Under the pieces are notes generated by a model that saw nothing but the letters and a program-made list of their open reading frames with translations, was not told the origin of the DNA and ran no database searches. A DNA stretch of 64,000 nucleotides from an uncultured Bacilli bacterium (GTDB taxonomy: Bacteria > Bacillota_I > Bacilli_A > RF39 > UBA660): contig CAJUBJ010000005.1 in NCBI GenBank assembly GCA_910584655.1, positions 16,229 to 80,228 on the forward strand. Reading direction: 5' to 3'. Positions 1 to 10,202 of the stretch are shown here, piece by piece. The translations under genes and the position numbers were made by a program. Each line of letters opens with the position of its first letter. Positions within the stretch are counted from its first letter, which is position 1.

Positions 1-503
1 GATGGAGTGATATTGACTTTGAAAGTAAAACAATGAACATAAATAAATCATTAAAAGTGGTTGAAGGTATTGTTGATGAGAAAACAACAAAGACAGAATC
101 TTCCAGAAGAGAAATCATCATTAGTAATGATACTATCAATTTAATGAAAACTTATAAAGAATGGCAAGATAGTTATATTAAAAATTGTGGTAAGAAGTGG
201 AAAGGAACAGATAGAATCTTTACTGCAACGAATGGAGATTATATGCACCCATCAACTTGTGACCATATCTTAAGAAAAATTGTTAAGAAATACAATTTAG
301 ACCCTATATGTTTTCATGAATTAAGACATACATGTGCAAGTCTTTTAATCAATGCAGGAATTGACCCTAAGACAGTAAGTAAGAGATTAGGTCATTCAGA
401 CTCAAGTATAACTATGGAGATATATACCCATTCCTTTGAATCTTCAAAAAAGGCATGTGCAGATAAGTATGATGAAATGATGGAAAACATGAAAAATGCT
501 TGA
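1..503 (+). CDS. Tyrosine recombinase / phage-type integrase, C-terminal part (5' end lies off-window)
   Basis: The reading frame is open from base 3 (..WSDIDFESKTMNINKSL..). The C-terminal catalytic box reads HELRHTCASLLINAG...LGHSDSSITMEIYTH, the R/HxxR/Y signature of tyrosine recombinases. Confidence 0.9.
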   Translation, partial: WSDIDFESKTMNINKSLKVVEGIVDEKTTKTESSRREIIISNDTINLMKTYKEWQDSYIKNCGKKWKGTDRIFTATNGDYMHPSTCDHILRKIVKKYNLDPICFHELRHTCASLLINAGIDPKTVSKRLGHSDSSITMEIYTHSFESSKKACADKYDEMMENMKNA

Positions 504-628
504 AAATTTATGGTTATGGCACTTATTTCCGGCACTCACTCAAAATTCTAAGTTCAAAAAAGTTTTAGAAAATTAAAGAAATCCCTTTATTTATAAGGGA
601 TAAATGATATATAATGATGGTGTTCATA

Positions 629-690
629 AGGAGAAGGTCATACCCCTCCTAAGCGATAGGTCGGAAGTTCAAATCTTCTTGGGGACGCCA
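629..690 (+). other. tRNA-like 3' fragment (hairpin, T-arm GGAAG-TTCAAAT-CTTCT, 3' acceptor strand TGGGGAC, discriminator G, CCA) with no matching 5' half; candidate att remnant
   Basis: ...ggtcggaagttcaaatcttcttggggacgcca has a canonical T-loop and a CCA end. No complementary 5' acceptor strand (GTCCCCA or wobble variants) occurs in the preceding 120 nt. It sits 125 nt downstream of the integrase stop and is directly followed by a terminator. Confidence 0.45.
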
Positions 691-701
691 TTATAACTAT
701 T

Positions 702-729
702 AAAGTTTGCTAAAAGCAAACTTTTTCTA
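702..729 (+). terminator. Rho-independent terminator
   Basis: 9-bp stem aaagtttgc/gcaaacttt, 5-nt loop, then T-run. Confidence 0.7.
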
Positions 730-825
730 TTGTCTTTCATTTTACAATAAGATAAATAATAACTAAAATTATAATTGTATTTTATAACTATCTAAGATAT
801 ATTTAAAACATATGGAGTGAGTTAT

Positions 826-1776
826 ATGAGTAAAAAATATGATCAATGGGTCGACTTAAACGAAGTACCTAAACAAAAAATGCAAACAAAAAAAGTTCCT
901 TTTAAACTAATTTTATTAATCTTAATATTAGTTGTAGTTATTGGTGGAGGTTATTTAGTTTATGACAAATTCATCTCAACAATATCATTAAAAAATAATG
1001 CAAAAGTAAATAATGATGAAAATAAGAAAAATAATACTGACCAAACAAAAGATGATAATAATGATAAAGAAGATGAAAAGAAACCTATAAGCAAAAAGAA
1101 ATATATAAAAGATGCAGAATATCAAACAGAAGGATTAAAAGAAAGTTATTTTTATTATAAGGAAAAAATGTCACCTTCTGATATTGTAGTACCATATCTA
1201 AATCTTGAAACAGAGTCAGCAAAAGAATTTAATAAAGAGATTAAAGATTTATATAGAGAATTTATAGAAATGTACATTTCTTTCTCAAATGAAGGATTAA
1301 GTCTAAAAATAAATGAAACAGAATCATATAATTATATAAAAACAAACTATACTTATACGCAAGAAAATAATATTATATCTATTCTAATAAAAGTAAATCG
1401 TACAAGTCGAGGAAGCAGTGAAGTAGTAGAATACTACAGCTTTAATTATGATATAAAAAAAGATAAGATATTATCTTTTGAAGATTTATGTGATAAATTA
1501 AATATTAGTTATGAAGATGCCATAAAAAAATCTAATAAAATATTGGAAATAACATTTAATCAACAATTTGAATTATCTAATACTCCTACAGATAAAGAAC
1601 AAAAAGAAATACAAGAATATATTAATCTAAATAAAGAATATTTTAAAACTCAAATAGATAATAAAACCATACAAGGTTTCATTGATAAAAATAATAAATT
1701 AAAAATTATACTATATAATGAACATCCTTTTGGTGGTTCTGGTTTTTATGAAGAAATTGTGACAATTAATGAATAA
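826..1776 (+). CDS. N-terminally membrane-anchored extracytoplasmic protein, function unknown
   Basis: ATG at 826 lies 8 nt after GGAG. There is one TM helix (FKLILLILILVVVIGGGYLVY) and a K/D/N-rich linker, followed by a globular domain. No catalytic motif recognised. Confidence 0.6.
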   Translation: MSKKYDQWVDLNEVPKQKMQTKKVPFKLILLILILVVVIGGGYLVYDKFISTISLKNNAKVNNDENKKNNTDQTKDDNNDKEDEKKPISKKKYIKDAEYQTEGLKESYFYYKEKMSPSDIVVPYLNLETESAKEFNKEIKDLYREFIEMYISFSNEGLSLKINETESYNYIKTNYTYTQENNIISILIKVNRTSRGSSEVVEYYSFNYDIKKDKILSFEDLCDKLNISYEDAIKKSNKILEITFNQQFELSNTPTDKEQKEIQEYINLNKEYFKTQIDNKTIQGFIDKNNKLKIILYNEHPFGGSGFYEEIVTINE

Positions 1777-1880
1777 TTGTCCTTTTTATATGACTATATT
1801 ATTAAAAAAGATTAAAATCCTTAGATAATTATTTAAAAAAATGCTAAAATTTGATATTATTCAAAACAAAGGGTGATTTT

Positions 1881-2582
1881 ATGGCTTATATAGAATTTAA
1901 AAATATCAGTAAGAAATATCAAATGGGAGAAATAGAAATAAAAGCACTTAATAAAGCAAATTTCACAATTGATGAAGGAGAACTTGTTGTAATACTAGGA
2001 CCATCAGGTGCTGGTAAAACAACTTGTTTAAATATCTTAGGCGGAATGGATGAACCTACATCAGGTACTTTTACTATTGATGGAACTAAAATAAGTGAAT
2101 TGAAAAATAAAGCTTTAATAAAATATCGTCGTAATGATATAGGTTTTGTCTTTCAATTTTATAATTTAATTCAAAACTTAACAGCTTTAGAAAATGTTGA
2201 ATTGGCAGTTCAATTATGTAAAGATCATTTAAACCCAGAAACAATTTTAAAAAAAGTTGGATTAAAAGATAGAATGAACAACTTTCCAGCTCAATTGTCA
2301 GGAGGAGAACAGCAAAGAGTTGCTATTGCTCGTGCTATTGCTAAAAATCCTAAATTACTTTTATGTGATGAACCAACAGGAGCTTTAGATTACAAAACTG
2401 GTAAGCAAATATTAAAACTTTTAGAAGACACATGCCATAAAGAAAATATGACTATCATTATAGTTACTCATAATAGTGCAATTGCAGAAATGGCAGATAA
2501 AGTTATTAAATTTAAAAATGGTCAAGTTGAAGAAATATATTTAAATCCAAATCCTCGTCCAATAGAATCAATAGAGTGGTAA
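1881..2582 (+). CDS. ABC transporter ATP-binding protein (MacB/LolD/FtsE-like)
   Basis: Walker [10 protein letters not shown], signature LSGGEQQR, Walker [10 protein letters not shown]-loop VTHN. Start moved to the [11 protein letters not shown] after an AAGGGTG RBS. Confidence 0.93.
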   Translation: MAYIEFKNISKKYQMGEIEIKALNKANFTIDEGELVVILGPSGAGKTTCLNILGGMDEPTSGTFTIDGTKISELKNKALIKYRRNDIGFVFQFYNLIQNLTALENVELAVQLCKDHLNPETILKKVGLKDRMNNFPAQLSGGEQQRVAIARAIAKNPKLLLCDEPTGALDYKTGKQILKLLEDTCHKENMTIIIVTHNSAIAEMADKVIKFKNGQVEEIYLNPNPRPIESIEW

Positions 2583-2583
2583 T

Positions 2584-5500
2584 ATGAAAAAAAATCATAT
2601 AAAAACAAATTCTTATCGTACAATTAAAAAATCTTTTCCAAGATTTTTATCTTTAATGATAATGAGTCTTTTAGGAGTATTAGTTTTTGTTGGTCTTACA
2701 GCAACATCTCCAGATATGTTAAATACATTAGATAAGTTTTTTGATGATAAAAATACATATGACATAAAACTATTATCTACTTTAGGGTTAACTGAAGATG
2801 ATTTAAATGCCCTAAAAGATATTGACACTATAGAAGATATTGAAGGAATATATAGTAAAGATATTTTAATTCAAGATGAAGAAACAGAAATAGTTTTAAA
2901 TATTTCATCACTTCCTAAGAAAATAAATGAACTTGAGCTTATTGATGGACGCTTACCAGAAAATGATACCGAAATTGTAGTTGAAAAAAATTTCTTGACT
3001 AAACTCAATTATAACTTAAATGATAAATTAATTATCAATGATGAAGTTTTTAAAAATAAAGAAGTAACAATAGTAGGTACAGTTAGAAGTCCATTATACT
3101 ATAATAATACTGCAATAAATCAAAATAGAGGAACTACTACTATTGGAACAGGTACAATAAATTATTACTCTTATATTCTTCCATCAAACTTTGACATTGA
3201 TTATTATACAAACATTTTTATAACAGTAAAAAATGCCAAAAAAGAAATAACTAGTAAAACTAAATATAATGAACTTATTGAAGATACCCTTAATAAAATT
3301 GAAAGTATAAAAACTTTTCAAGAAGAAAGTCGCTATAATACCATTTATAACGATGCATCCAATAAAATAATTACTGAAGAAAATAAAATTAATAAAGAAT
3401 TAAAAGAAGCAAAAATAAAACTAGATGATGCTAAAACTCAATTAAATAAAGCAAAAAAAGAATTAGATTTTACAAAAACTCAATTAACTTCATCAAAAAA
3501 ACAACTAGATAATGCTTATAAAGAATTAGAACGAGGAAAAAAAGAATTTCAAAATACAAAAGATAAATATGGTATAGAAAATATAGCTAATACTTTAAAC
3601 GATGTTAATAACTCAATTAATAATCTTACAGAATTATTAAAAAATATACCATCTACAGAAGAAGAGTATCAAGTATATAAAACTCAACTTGAAAAGTTAT
3701 ATGAACAACAATATTTATTAAATACGTTAAAAAATACAGAAGATTTACTTAATAATAATACATCAGAATATAATAAAAATTATTCCAAATATCAAACAGC
3801 AAATAATCTTTATTCTTCAGGTTTAAAACAATATAATAAAAATCTTAAAATATATAATGACTCTTTAAATGAGTATGAAGACAATAAAAAAATAGCTTTG
3901 AAAGAAATAAATGATGCTTATACAAAACTAACAGATATAAAAAGGCCTAAATGGTATATAAACACTAGAGAAGATGATCAAACATATTCTTCATATATAA
4001 ATCAGACAAAAAGTCTAAATAGTCTTGCTAAACTGTTTCCATTAGTTTTCTACGCTGTTGCTATTTTGGTAAGTTTAATTTCAATGAATCGTATGGTTGA
4101 AGATGATCGTGGAGAAATTGGAACTTTAAAATCTCTTGGTTTTACAAATCATGAGATAAAGAAAAAATATACTTCGTTTTCTTTACTAGCAACTTTAATT
4201 GGAGCCATAATTGGAACAATAATTGGCTTAACAATTATTCCATATATAATATTTACAATATATCGTCTTTTATTTGATGTCCCTAACTTCCAAATAGGAT
4301 TAAATATTAATAGTACTTTAACTGGAATAATAATTGCTATTATTTGTATTTGCGGATCATCAATTATTACAGCAAATAAAATCTTAAAAGAAAAACCAGC
4401 TACTTTAATGCGTCCTAAAGCACCAAAAGCTGGTAAAAAAATTCTTTTAGAGAAGTTTACTTGGTTATGGCACAAAATAAAATTCTCCAATAAAATAACC
4501 ATTCGTAATATTCTAAGATATAAAAAGAGAGTATTAGTAACTATATTTGGTATATCAGGATGTACAGCCTTAATTTTATGTGGTTTCGGTATTAAAGATT
4601 CAATAGTTGATATAACTAATATGCAGTATGTAAATACTTTTAAATATGATGCCACAGTATTTACTAATGATTTAAATATTGAAAAGCTAGATAAAGTATT
4701 ATCTAATAGTAAAATAAAATCATATACATTATCAGAGACCTTATCAGGAACTTTAAAAGATTCGAATATAAATATTATTGTAACTGAAAATAATGATATT
4801 TCTAAAATAATTAATTTAGTAAATAAAAAAAATGAAAAGTTATCCAATTTAGAAAATAATAAAATAGTAATTACTGATAAACTTGCTGATTTATACAAAA
4901 TAAAAGAAGGAGATAAAGTAACCTTCTATGATAGCGAAAAAAATGAATATAATCTTGAAGTATCAAACATTGTAAAAAATTATCTAGGTCATTATATTTA
5001 TATAAATAAAGAAACATTAAAGGCAAATCAAAAAGAATATAAACCTAATGTAATATATTTAAATACTGATAAATTGTCTTCACAAGAAGAAAAAGACCTA
5101 TCTAATGAACTTTTAGCAACTGATGAAATAATTAATGTTATTTATACATCTGACTTAGTAAATAGTGCTAGCGATATGTTATCTTCTTTAGACAAAGTAG
5201 TTATAATATTAGTGTTATTATCTGCTATGTTATCTTTTGTAGTTTTATATAATTTATCAAACATTAATATAACCGAAAGAAAAAGAGAAATAGCTACTTT
5301 AAAAGTATTAGGATTTTATGATAATGAAATTGATAACTATATAACAAAGGAGAATATTATTTTAACAATTATAGGAATAGCAATAGGACTTTTATTTGGA
5401 TATTTCTTAACTAATATGACAATATCAACAGTTGAAATGGAAAATGCTCGTTTTATAAGACATATTAAAATAAATAGTTACATATATTCTTCTCTTATAT

Positions 5501-5589
5501 CATGTTTATTTACTTTCATTGTTAACATTGTCACACATTTTACTTTAAAAAAAATCGATATGATAGAAAGCTTAAAAAGTGTAGAATAG
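2584..5589 (+). CDS. FtsX-family ABC permease, 1001 aa, two FtsX modules and a large coiled-coil-containing extracytoplasmic domain
   Basis: Starts 1 nt after the ATPase stop. TM1 is followed by a ~440-aa loop with a K/E/L/N heptad-like stretch (EENKINKELKEAKIKLDDAKTQLNKAKKELDF...). Then a 3-TM block, a second loop and a second 3-TM block. Confidence 0.85.
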   Translation: MKKNHIKTNSYRTIKKSFPRFLSLMIMSLLGVLVFVGLTATSPDMLNTLDKFFDDKNTYDIKLLSTLGLTEDDLNALKDIDTIEDIEGIYSKDILIQDEETEIVLNISSLPKKINELELIDGRLPENDTEIVVEKNFLTKLNYNLNDKLIINDEVFKNKEVTIVGTVRSPLYYNNTAINQNRGTTTIGTGTINYYSYILPSNFDIDYYTNIFITVKNAKKEITSKTKYNELIEDTLNKIESIKTFQEESRYNTIYNDASNKIITEENKINKELKEAKIKLDDAKTQLNKAKKELDFTKTQLTSSKKQLDNAYKELERGKKEFQNTKDKYGIENIANTLNDVNNSINNLTELLKNIPSTEEEYQVYKTQLEKLYEQQYLLNTLKNTEDLLNNNTSEYNKNYSKYQTANNLYSSGLKQYNKNLKIYNDSLNEYEDNKKIALKEINDAYTKLTDIKRPKWYINTREDDQTYSSYINQTKSLNSLAKLFPLVFYAVAILVSLISMNRMVEDDRGEIGTLKSLGFTNHEIKKKYTSFSLLATLIGAIIGTIIGLTIIPYIIFTIYRLLFDVPNFQIGLNINSTLTGIIIAIICICGSSIITANKILKEKPATLMRPKAPKAGKKILLEKFTWLWHKIKFSNKITIRNILRYKKRVLVTIFGISGCTALILCGFGIKDSIVDITNMQYVNTFKYDATVFTNDLNIEKLDKVLSNSKIKSYTLSETLSGTLKDSNINIIVTENNDISKIINLVNKKNEKLSNLENNKIVITDKLADLYKIKEGDKVTFYDSEKNEYNLEVSNIVKNYLGHYIYINKETLKANQKEYKPNVIYLNTDKLSSQEEKDLSNELLATDEIINVIYTSDLVNSASDMLSSLDKVVIILVLLSAMLSFVVLYNLSNINITERKREIATLKVLGFYDNEIDNYITKENIILTIIGIAIGLLFGYFLTNMTISTVEMENARFIRHIKINSYIYSSLISCLFTFIVNIVTHFTLKKIDMIESLKSVE

Positions 5590-5623
5590 GTAGAACTTTT
5601 ATCTTATTACCTATTCTTTTCTT
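5584..5623 (+). terminator. Rho-independent terminator
   Basis: 9-bp stem gaataggta/tacctattc spanning the stop codon, followed by ttttctt. Confidence 0.65.
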
Positions 5624-5685
5624 AATATGTTATAATAAAAATATAAATATTAAGAATGTTAATATTTACATAAGGAGGAATAAAT

Positions 5686-6726
5686 ATGAAAATTTTAGTA
5701 ACCGGAGGATGTGGCTTTATTGGGAGCCATACTTGTTGTGAACTTTTAGATAATAATTATGAAGTTGTTATTATAGATAATCTTTGTAATTCAAAAAGAA
5801 ACGTTATAGATAAAATAAAAAAAATAACAGGTAAAGATATTGCATTCTATGAAGAAGATGTTTGTAATAAAGAAGCATTAAAAGTTATATTTGAAGAACA
5901 TAAAATTGATGCCGTAGTTCATTTTGCTGGTTTAAAAGCAGTTGGTGAATCAGTAGCTAAACCTTTAATGTACTATCGTAATAATCTTGATTCAACATTA
6001 AGTTTATTAGAGGTAATGAATGAATACAATTGTAAAAAAATTGTTTTCTCATCAAGTGCTACTGTTTATGGTACACCAGAGTCACTACCGATTAAAGAAG
6101 ACTTTCCATTATCAACAACAAATCCATATGGTTCAACTAAATTAATGATTGAAGACATAATGAGAGATTTATATGTTTCAGATAATGATTGGAGTATAGC
6201 ATTACTTAGATATTTTAATCCAATCGGAGCTCATAAAAGTGGTTTAATTGGTGAAAATCCAAATGGAATTCCTAATAACTTAATGCCTTATATTATTAAA
6301 GTTGCAACTGGAGAACTTCCAGAATTAAGTGTATTTGGTAATGACTATGATACTCCAGATGGAACAGGAGTAAGAGATTATATTCATGTTGTAGATTTAG
6401 CAAAAGGACATATTAAGGCTATCGAAAAAGTCCTTAGTACTAAAGAAGTTGATTGCTATAATTTAGGAACAGGAAAAGGTTATAGTGTTCTTGACTTAGT
6501 AAAAACATTTGAAAAGGTTAATGACGTTAAAGTTAACTATCGTATAACAGATCGTCGTCCAGGGGATATTGCTGCTTGCTATGCAGATCCAGCATATGCT
6601 TTAAAAAAATTAGGATGGAAAGCTGAAAAAGATATTGAAGAAATGTGTCGTGATAGCTATAACTTTATAATTAATGAACACATTAACAAAATAGATGAAA
6701 ACGAAATAGAAAAGCTTGAAGAATAA
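5686..6726 (+). CDS. galE: UDP-glucose 4-epimerase
   Basis: N-terminal Rossmann GGCGFIGSH, catalytic YGSTK (YxxxK), full-length collinearity with GalE (..LRYFNPIGAH..GVRDYIHVVDLA..), RBS AAGGAGG. Confidence 0.93.
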   Translation: MKILVTGGCGFIGSHTCCELLDNNYEVVIIDNLCNSKRNVIDKIKKITGKDIAFYEEDVCNKEALKVIFEEHKIDAVVHFAGLKAVGESVAKPLMYYRNNLDSTLSLLEVMNEYNCKKIVFSSSATVYGTPESLPIKEDFPLSTTNPYGSTKLMIEDIMRDLYVSDNDWSIALLRYFNPIGAHKSGLIGENPNGIPNNLMPYIIKVATGELPELSVFGNDYDTPDGTGVRDYIHVVDLAKGHIKAIEKVLSTKEVDCYNLGTGKGYSVLDLVKTFEKVNDVKVNYRITDRRPGDIAACYADPAYALKKLGWKAEKDIEEMCRDSYNFIINEHINKIDENEIEKLEE

Positions 6727-6742
6727 AATCAAGCTTTTTTTC
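6711..6742 (+). terminator. Rho-independent terminator
   Basis: 9-bp stem aaagcttga/tcaagcttt with the stop codon in the loop, then T7. Confidence 0.75.
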
Positions 6743-6827
6743 TTTACTTCTTTGGCAAAAGGAATAGTCTTTTTATTAAAAAAATGTTAATATAATAATG
6801 ATATAGTTTAAAAATAGAGGTGATAAA

Positions 6828-7484
6828 GTGGACAATAAAGATAAAGACTTTGTAGTTAATCAAATACCTTTAAAAATAAAGCCTGTTAAGTCACCTAAAA
6901 AAATAAAAGACACAAATAGTGTCTTAGACAAAAAATCAATTAAACTAAAAATATATTCGACAATAAAAATAATAGTAGTATTATTGCTTTTAATAATAAA
7001 TACATATTTAATAGTCACTATTGCAATAAAAATTGATGATAATAATAAAGTTTCTTTCAGAAATCCTAAAGAAACAACTAAACAACTATTATCCCCAAGT
7101 AAAATAGGTAACTGGAAAACATCTAATAATGGATTATTTATTTTTGGAGATGATAATAATTTTTATTGGTATGATAATTATGAACATTTAACTAGTAATT
7201 ATTATCTAGGTACTTATAGCTATAAAAATGGCTATGAAGCTTTAGAAGAAATAGGATATACAGAAGATGAGTTTTTTAAAACTTTTGGTAATAATACTCA
7301 AATAAATAATGCATACTCAATTAATATGAAGCCACTATATTCTTATCATGGCGGAATTGATACTACTTCTTCTAATATAACTGAAAAAGAGACATGGTGG
7401 TTCATTATGATAATAAAAGACGATGGAACAGCCCTTGCTTATAACAAAACTCTAGACTTACATTATACTTTAAATAAATATTAG
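6828..7484 (+). CDS. Single-pass membrane protein, function unknown
   Basis: GTG start after a GAGGTG RBS. One TM helix (IIVVLLLLIINTYLIVTIAI) and an aromatic-rich C-terminal domain. Confidence 0.55.
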   Translation: MDNKDKDFVVNQIPLKIKPVKSPKKIKDTNSVLDKKSIKLKIYSTIKIIVVLLLLIINTYLIVTIAIKIDDNNKVSFRNPKETTKQLLSPSKIGNWKTSNNGLFIFGDDNNFYWYDNYEHLTSNYYLGTYSYKNGYEALEEIGYTEDEFFKTFGNNTQINNAYSINMKPLYSYHGGIDTTSSNITEKETWWFIMIIKDDGTALAYNKTLDLHYTLNKY

Positions 7485-7617
7485 ACAGATTAAAAACTGT
7501 CTTTTTAATTTTTTTTAATATATTAATAATTAATTTTTAATATTTTACCAATATAATATAGATTATGAGTACTTATGTAATAAGAATATATGATAAAATA
7601 AAGTAGAGGGTGGTTAT

Positions 7618-8301
7618 ATGACACGTATTTTAATTGTTGATGATGAAAATGATATAGCAGAACTTATAAGTGATGTTTTACAAGATGAAGGTTATGAAAC
7701 TATAATAAAAAATGATGGTTATAGTGCAATAGAAGAAGTAAAAAATAATAACTTTGATTTAATATTACTAGATGTAATGATGCCCAACCTTTCAGGAACA
7801 GAAACTTGTAATAAAATAAGAGACATAGTATCTTGTCCAATAATTTTTGTTACAGCTAAAAATCAAACCTTAGACAAACTATTAGGTTTTGAAATAGGTG
7901 CAGATGATTACATCACAAAACCTTTTGTTATAGAAGAACTAGTAGCACGAGTAAAAGCTCATATAAGGAGAGAAAAAAGAGGGTCTATATCTCAATCAAA
8001 CATTATAAAAATAGGTGAGATATGTATAAATAAAGAAAGCTATGAAGTTAAAAAAAATGGAGAGTTAATAACACTTTCAACTAAAGAATTTGAACTTCTT
8101 TCTTATTTAATGACCAACGCTGGATTAGTCCTATCTAAAGAACAAATATATAACTCAGTATGGAAAACAGAATATGGTGATATAGGTACAGTAGCTGTTA
8201 ACATAAAAGGTCTTCGAAAAAAATTAGATCCAGAAGAAAAATATATTATAACTATTTGGGGCTTAGGATATAAATTTGTTAAGGTAATTAATAATGATTA
8301 A
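7618..8301 (+). CDS. OmpR-family response regulator
   Basis: Receiver domain (ILIVDDE..., phospho-acceptor context LILLDVMMP, conserved K in ITKPF). C-terminal winged-helix domain (LSTKEFELLSYL...GLGYKF). Confidence 0.92.
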   Translation: MTRILIVDDENDIAELISDVLQDEGYETIIKNDGYSAIEEVKNNNFDLILLDVMMPNLSGTETCNKIRDIVSCPIIFVTAKNQTLDKLLGFEIGADDYITKPFVIEELVARVKAHIRREKRGSISQSNIIKIGEICINKESYEVKKNGELITLSTKEFELLSYLMTNAGLVLSKEQIYNSVWKTEYGDIGTVAVNIKGLRKKLDPEEKYIITIWGLGYKFVKVINND

Positions 8302-9607
8302 TAAAATAAGAAATAATTTATCTATTAAAATCGGCTTTATTATTGGCGTCATAATTCTTATAATATTTAATCTTCTTCTTTTAACTTGCTATTATGAATT
8401 ATATTTAGAAAAAAAAATTAGTGATAGATATCAACTTACAATTAATGAATTAGAAACGCATTTGAATACAATTAAAGAAGAAATAAAATCAGAAGATGAT
8501 ATTAGCGAATACCTAAACAGTTATATAAAAGATAAAGACATAGAAATATCCTTATTAGATTCAAATAATAATGTAATTAATACATTCTATTCAAAAGATA
8601 AAATAAATAAAAATAAAATAGAATATTCAGAAATAATAAAATTTCAAAATGAATATTATTTAATAAGTGTTTCAAAAAAAAGAAATATTATAAACTTTAA
8701 AATAGCTTTAAATGTTCTCATATTTGAAATAATCAATATTTTCATACTAGCTATTTTAGGAATAAGTGCATCAAATAAGAAAATATTATCCCCAATTGCT
8801 TCTCTTTCAAAAGACTTTAATAATTATAAATTTGGTATTATTCCAAGAAAACGTCATTTAAGAGGAGAAATATATAAATTACAAAATGATTTTGTTGATT
8901 TTGTAAACAATTTAGAAGAAGAAAAACAAAAACAAAATAGAATAATTGCTAGTATATCTCATGATATAAAAACTCCTCTAACAAGCATATTAGGTTATTC
9001 AGAAAGACTTCTAACAAATAAGAATTTAAGTAACGAAACTAAACATAAATACGCTTCAACTATATACAATAAATCTCTTGTTATGAAAGAAATAGTTGAA
9101 GAATTTGATGACTATCTAAGTTGTAATATAAAAGATGATAAAAAAACAGAAAAAATTTCCATAAAATACTTAGTAGATTATTTAAATCAATATTATAAAG
9201 AAGATCTCAAAGAGAAAAACATTGAATTTAGAGTAAAAACAAATTGTCCTAATCTAATAATAAATGTTGATCTTTCTAAATTTAAAAGAGTATTTAGTAA
9301 CATTATAACAAATAGTTTAAGACACTTTGATAAAAATAAAAAAATATTAAATATTAACATAAACGAGCAAAAAGATGATAGAATTATATTTGAGATAGCC
9401 GATAATGGTAAAGGATGCGACGTAGAAGTTCTAGATAAAATATTTGAACCATTATATACAACTGATAAAAGTCGCAAAATAAGTGGATTAGGTTTATCTA
9501 TATGCAAAGAAATTATTGAATCTCATAATGGTACTATCAAAGCTATAAATAATAAATTAGGAGGCTTTAGTATTATTTTTACAATTGATGTTTACAAGGA
9601 GGACTAA
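8294..9607 (+). CDS. Sensor histidine kinase (two TM helices, ~100-aa extracytoplasmic loop)
   Basis: H-box SHDIKTPLTSILGYSE, N-box ITNSLRH, G1 DNGKG, G2 GLGLSICK. The start overlaps the regulator stop by 8 nt. Confidence 0.92.
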   Translation: MINKIRNNLSIKIGFIIGVIILIIFNLLLLTCYYELYLEKKISDRYQLTINELETHLNTIKEEIKSEDDISEYLNSYIKDKDIEISLLDSNNNVINTFYSKDKINKNKIEYSEIIKFQNEYYLISVSKKRNIINFKIALNVLIFEIINIFILAILGISASNKKILSPIASLSKDFNNYKFGIIPRKRHLRGEIYKLQNDFVDFVNNLEEEKQKQNRIIASISHDIKTPLTSILGYSERLLTNKNLSNETKHKYASTIYNKSLVMKEIVEEFDDYLSCNIKDDKKTEKISIKYLVDYLNQYYKEDLKEKNIEFRVKTNCPNLIINVDLSKFKRVFSNIITNSLRHFDKNKKILNININEQKDDRIIFEIADNGKGCDVEVLDKIFEPLYTTDKSRKISGLGLSICKEIIESHNGTIKAINNKLGGFSIIFTIDVYKED

Positions 9608-9609
9608 AT

Positions 9610-10200
9610 ATGAAAGAACCAAAAGAACCACTACTTTACAAAATAGTAAGACCTATAATAACATTTCTTTTTAAAATAGTATATCAGCCTAAATATAAAG
9701 GAACAGAATACATTCCTGAAAAAGGTCGAATAGTTTTAGGAGGAAATCATACAAATAACTTAGATTGTTTACTTTTAATAAGTTCTACAAAAAGAGTAAT
9801 TCATTTCTTAGCTAAAGACTCATTAATTAACGGTAAATTTGGCTTTATATTTAAAAATATGGGTATAATCCCAGTAAATCGTTCAATCCATGATAAAAGT
9901 GCTTTAAATAATGCTATAAATACTTTAAATGAAGAAAAAGTAATTGGTATATTTCCCGAATCTACAATTAACAGAACTACTGATACTATAATGCCATTCA
10001 AAATAGGTTGTGTAAAAATGGCTCACGATACAGATTCATACATCATACCATTTACAATAAGTGGAGAATATAAAATATTTAAAAAAAGTATAGAAATAGA
10101 ATTCTTTACACCATATAAAACAGAAAGTGATGATTTAACTAAAGAAAATGAAAGACTAATGGAATTTATAAGTTCCAATCTAGAAGAAAAGAGGAGATAA
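9610..10200 (+). CDS. PlsC/LPLAT-family lysophospholipid acyltransferase (copy 1)
   Basis: HX4D motif NHTNNLD and FPESTINR block. Starts 2 nt after the kinase stop. Confidence 0.85.
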   Translation: MKEPKEPLLYKIVRPIITFLFKIVYQPKYKGTEYIPEKGRIVLGGNHTNNLDCLLLISSTKRVIHFLAKDSLINGKFGFIFKNMGIIPVNRSIHDKSALNNAINTLNEEKVIGIFPESTINRTTDTIMPFKIGCVKMAHDTDSYIIPFTISGEYKIFKKSIEIEFFTPYKTESDDLTKENERLMEFISSNLEEKRR

Positions 10201-10202
10201 CT

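Noticed and set aside
600-690. Intact tRNA or tmRNA gene next to the integrase
   Set aside because: The T-arm and CCA end are present, but no 5' acceptor strand, D-arm or convincing anticodon arm could be folded. The 3' end (GGGGAC-G-CCA) is incompatible with the tmRNA G3-U70 acceptor. It is reported only as a fragment.
1851-1880. Upstream in-frame extensions offered by the ORF track (also at 14094, 15688, 18476, 19203, 21858, 24121, 41544, 56540, 57144, 58562, 61271, 62202, 11914)
   Set aside because: In each case an internal ATG sits 6-10 nt downstream of a GGAGG/AGGTG-type RBS. It also matches the conserved N-terminus of the family or removes an overlap with the upstream gene. The extensions encode implausible leader residues.
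4149-4898. 249-aa minus-strand ORF inside the ABC permease gene
   Set aside because: It is fully antisense to a confidently assigned FtsX permease. Its translation is low-complexity (I/F/L/S/K-rich) with no RBS or motif. Long spurious antisense ORFs are expected opposite AAA/GAA/AAT-rich coding sequence.
7565-7606. 13-codon mini-ORF (MSTYVIRIYDKIK) just upstream of the response-regulator RBS
   Set aside because: It has no RBS and no attenuator-like alternative hairpins. It is probably a chance ATG in an AT-rich leader.
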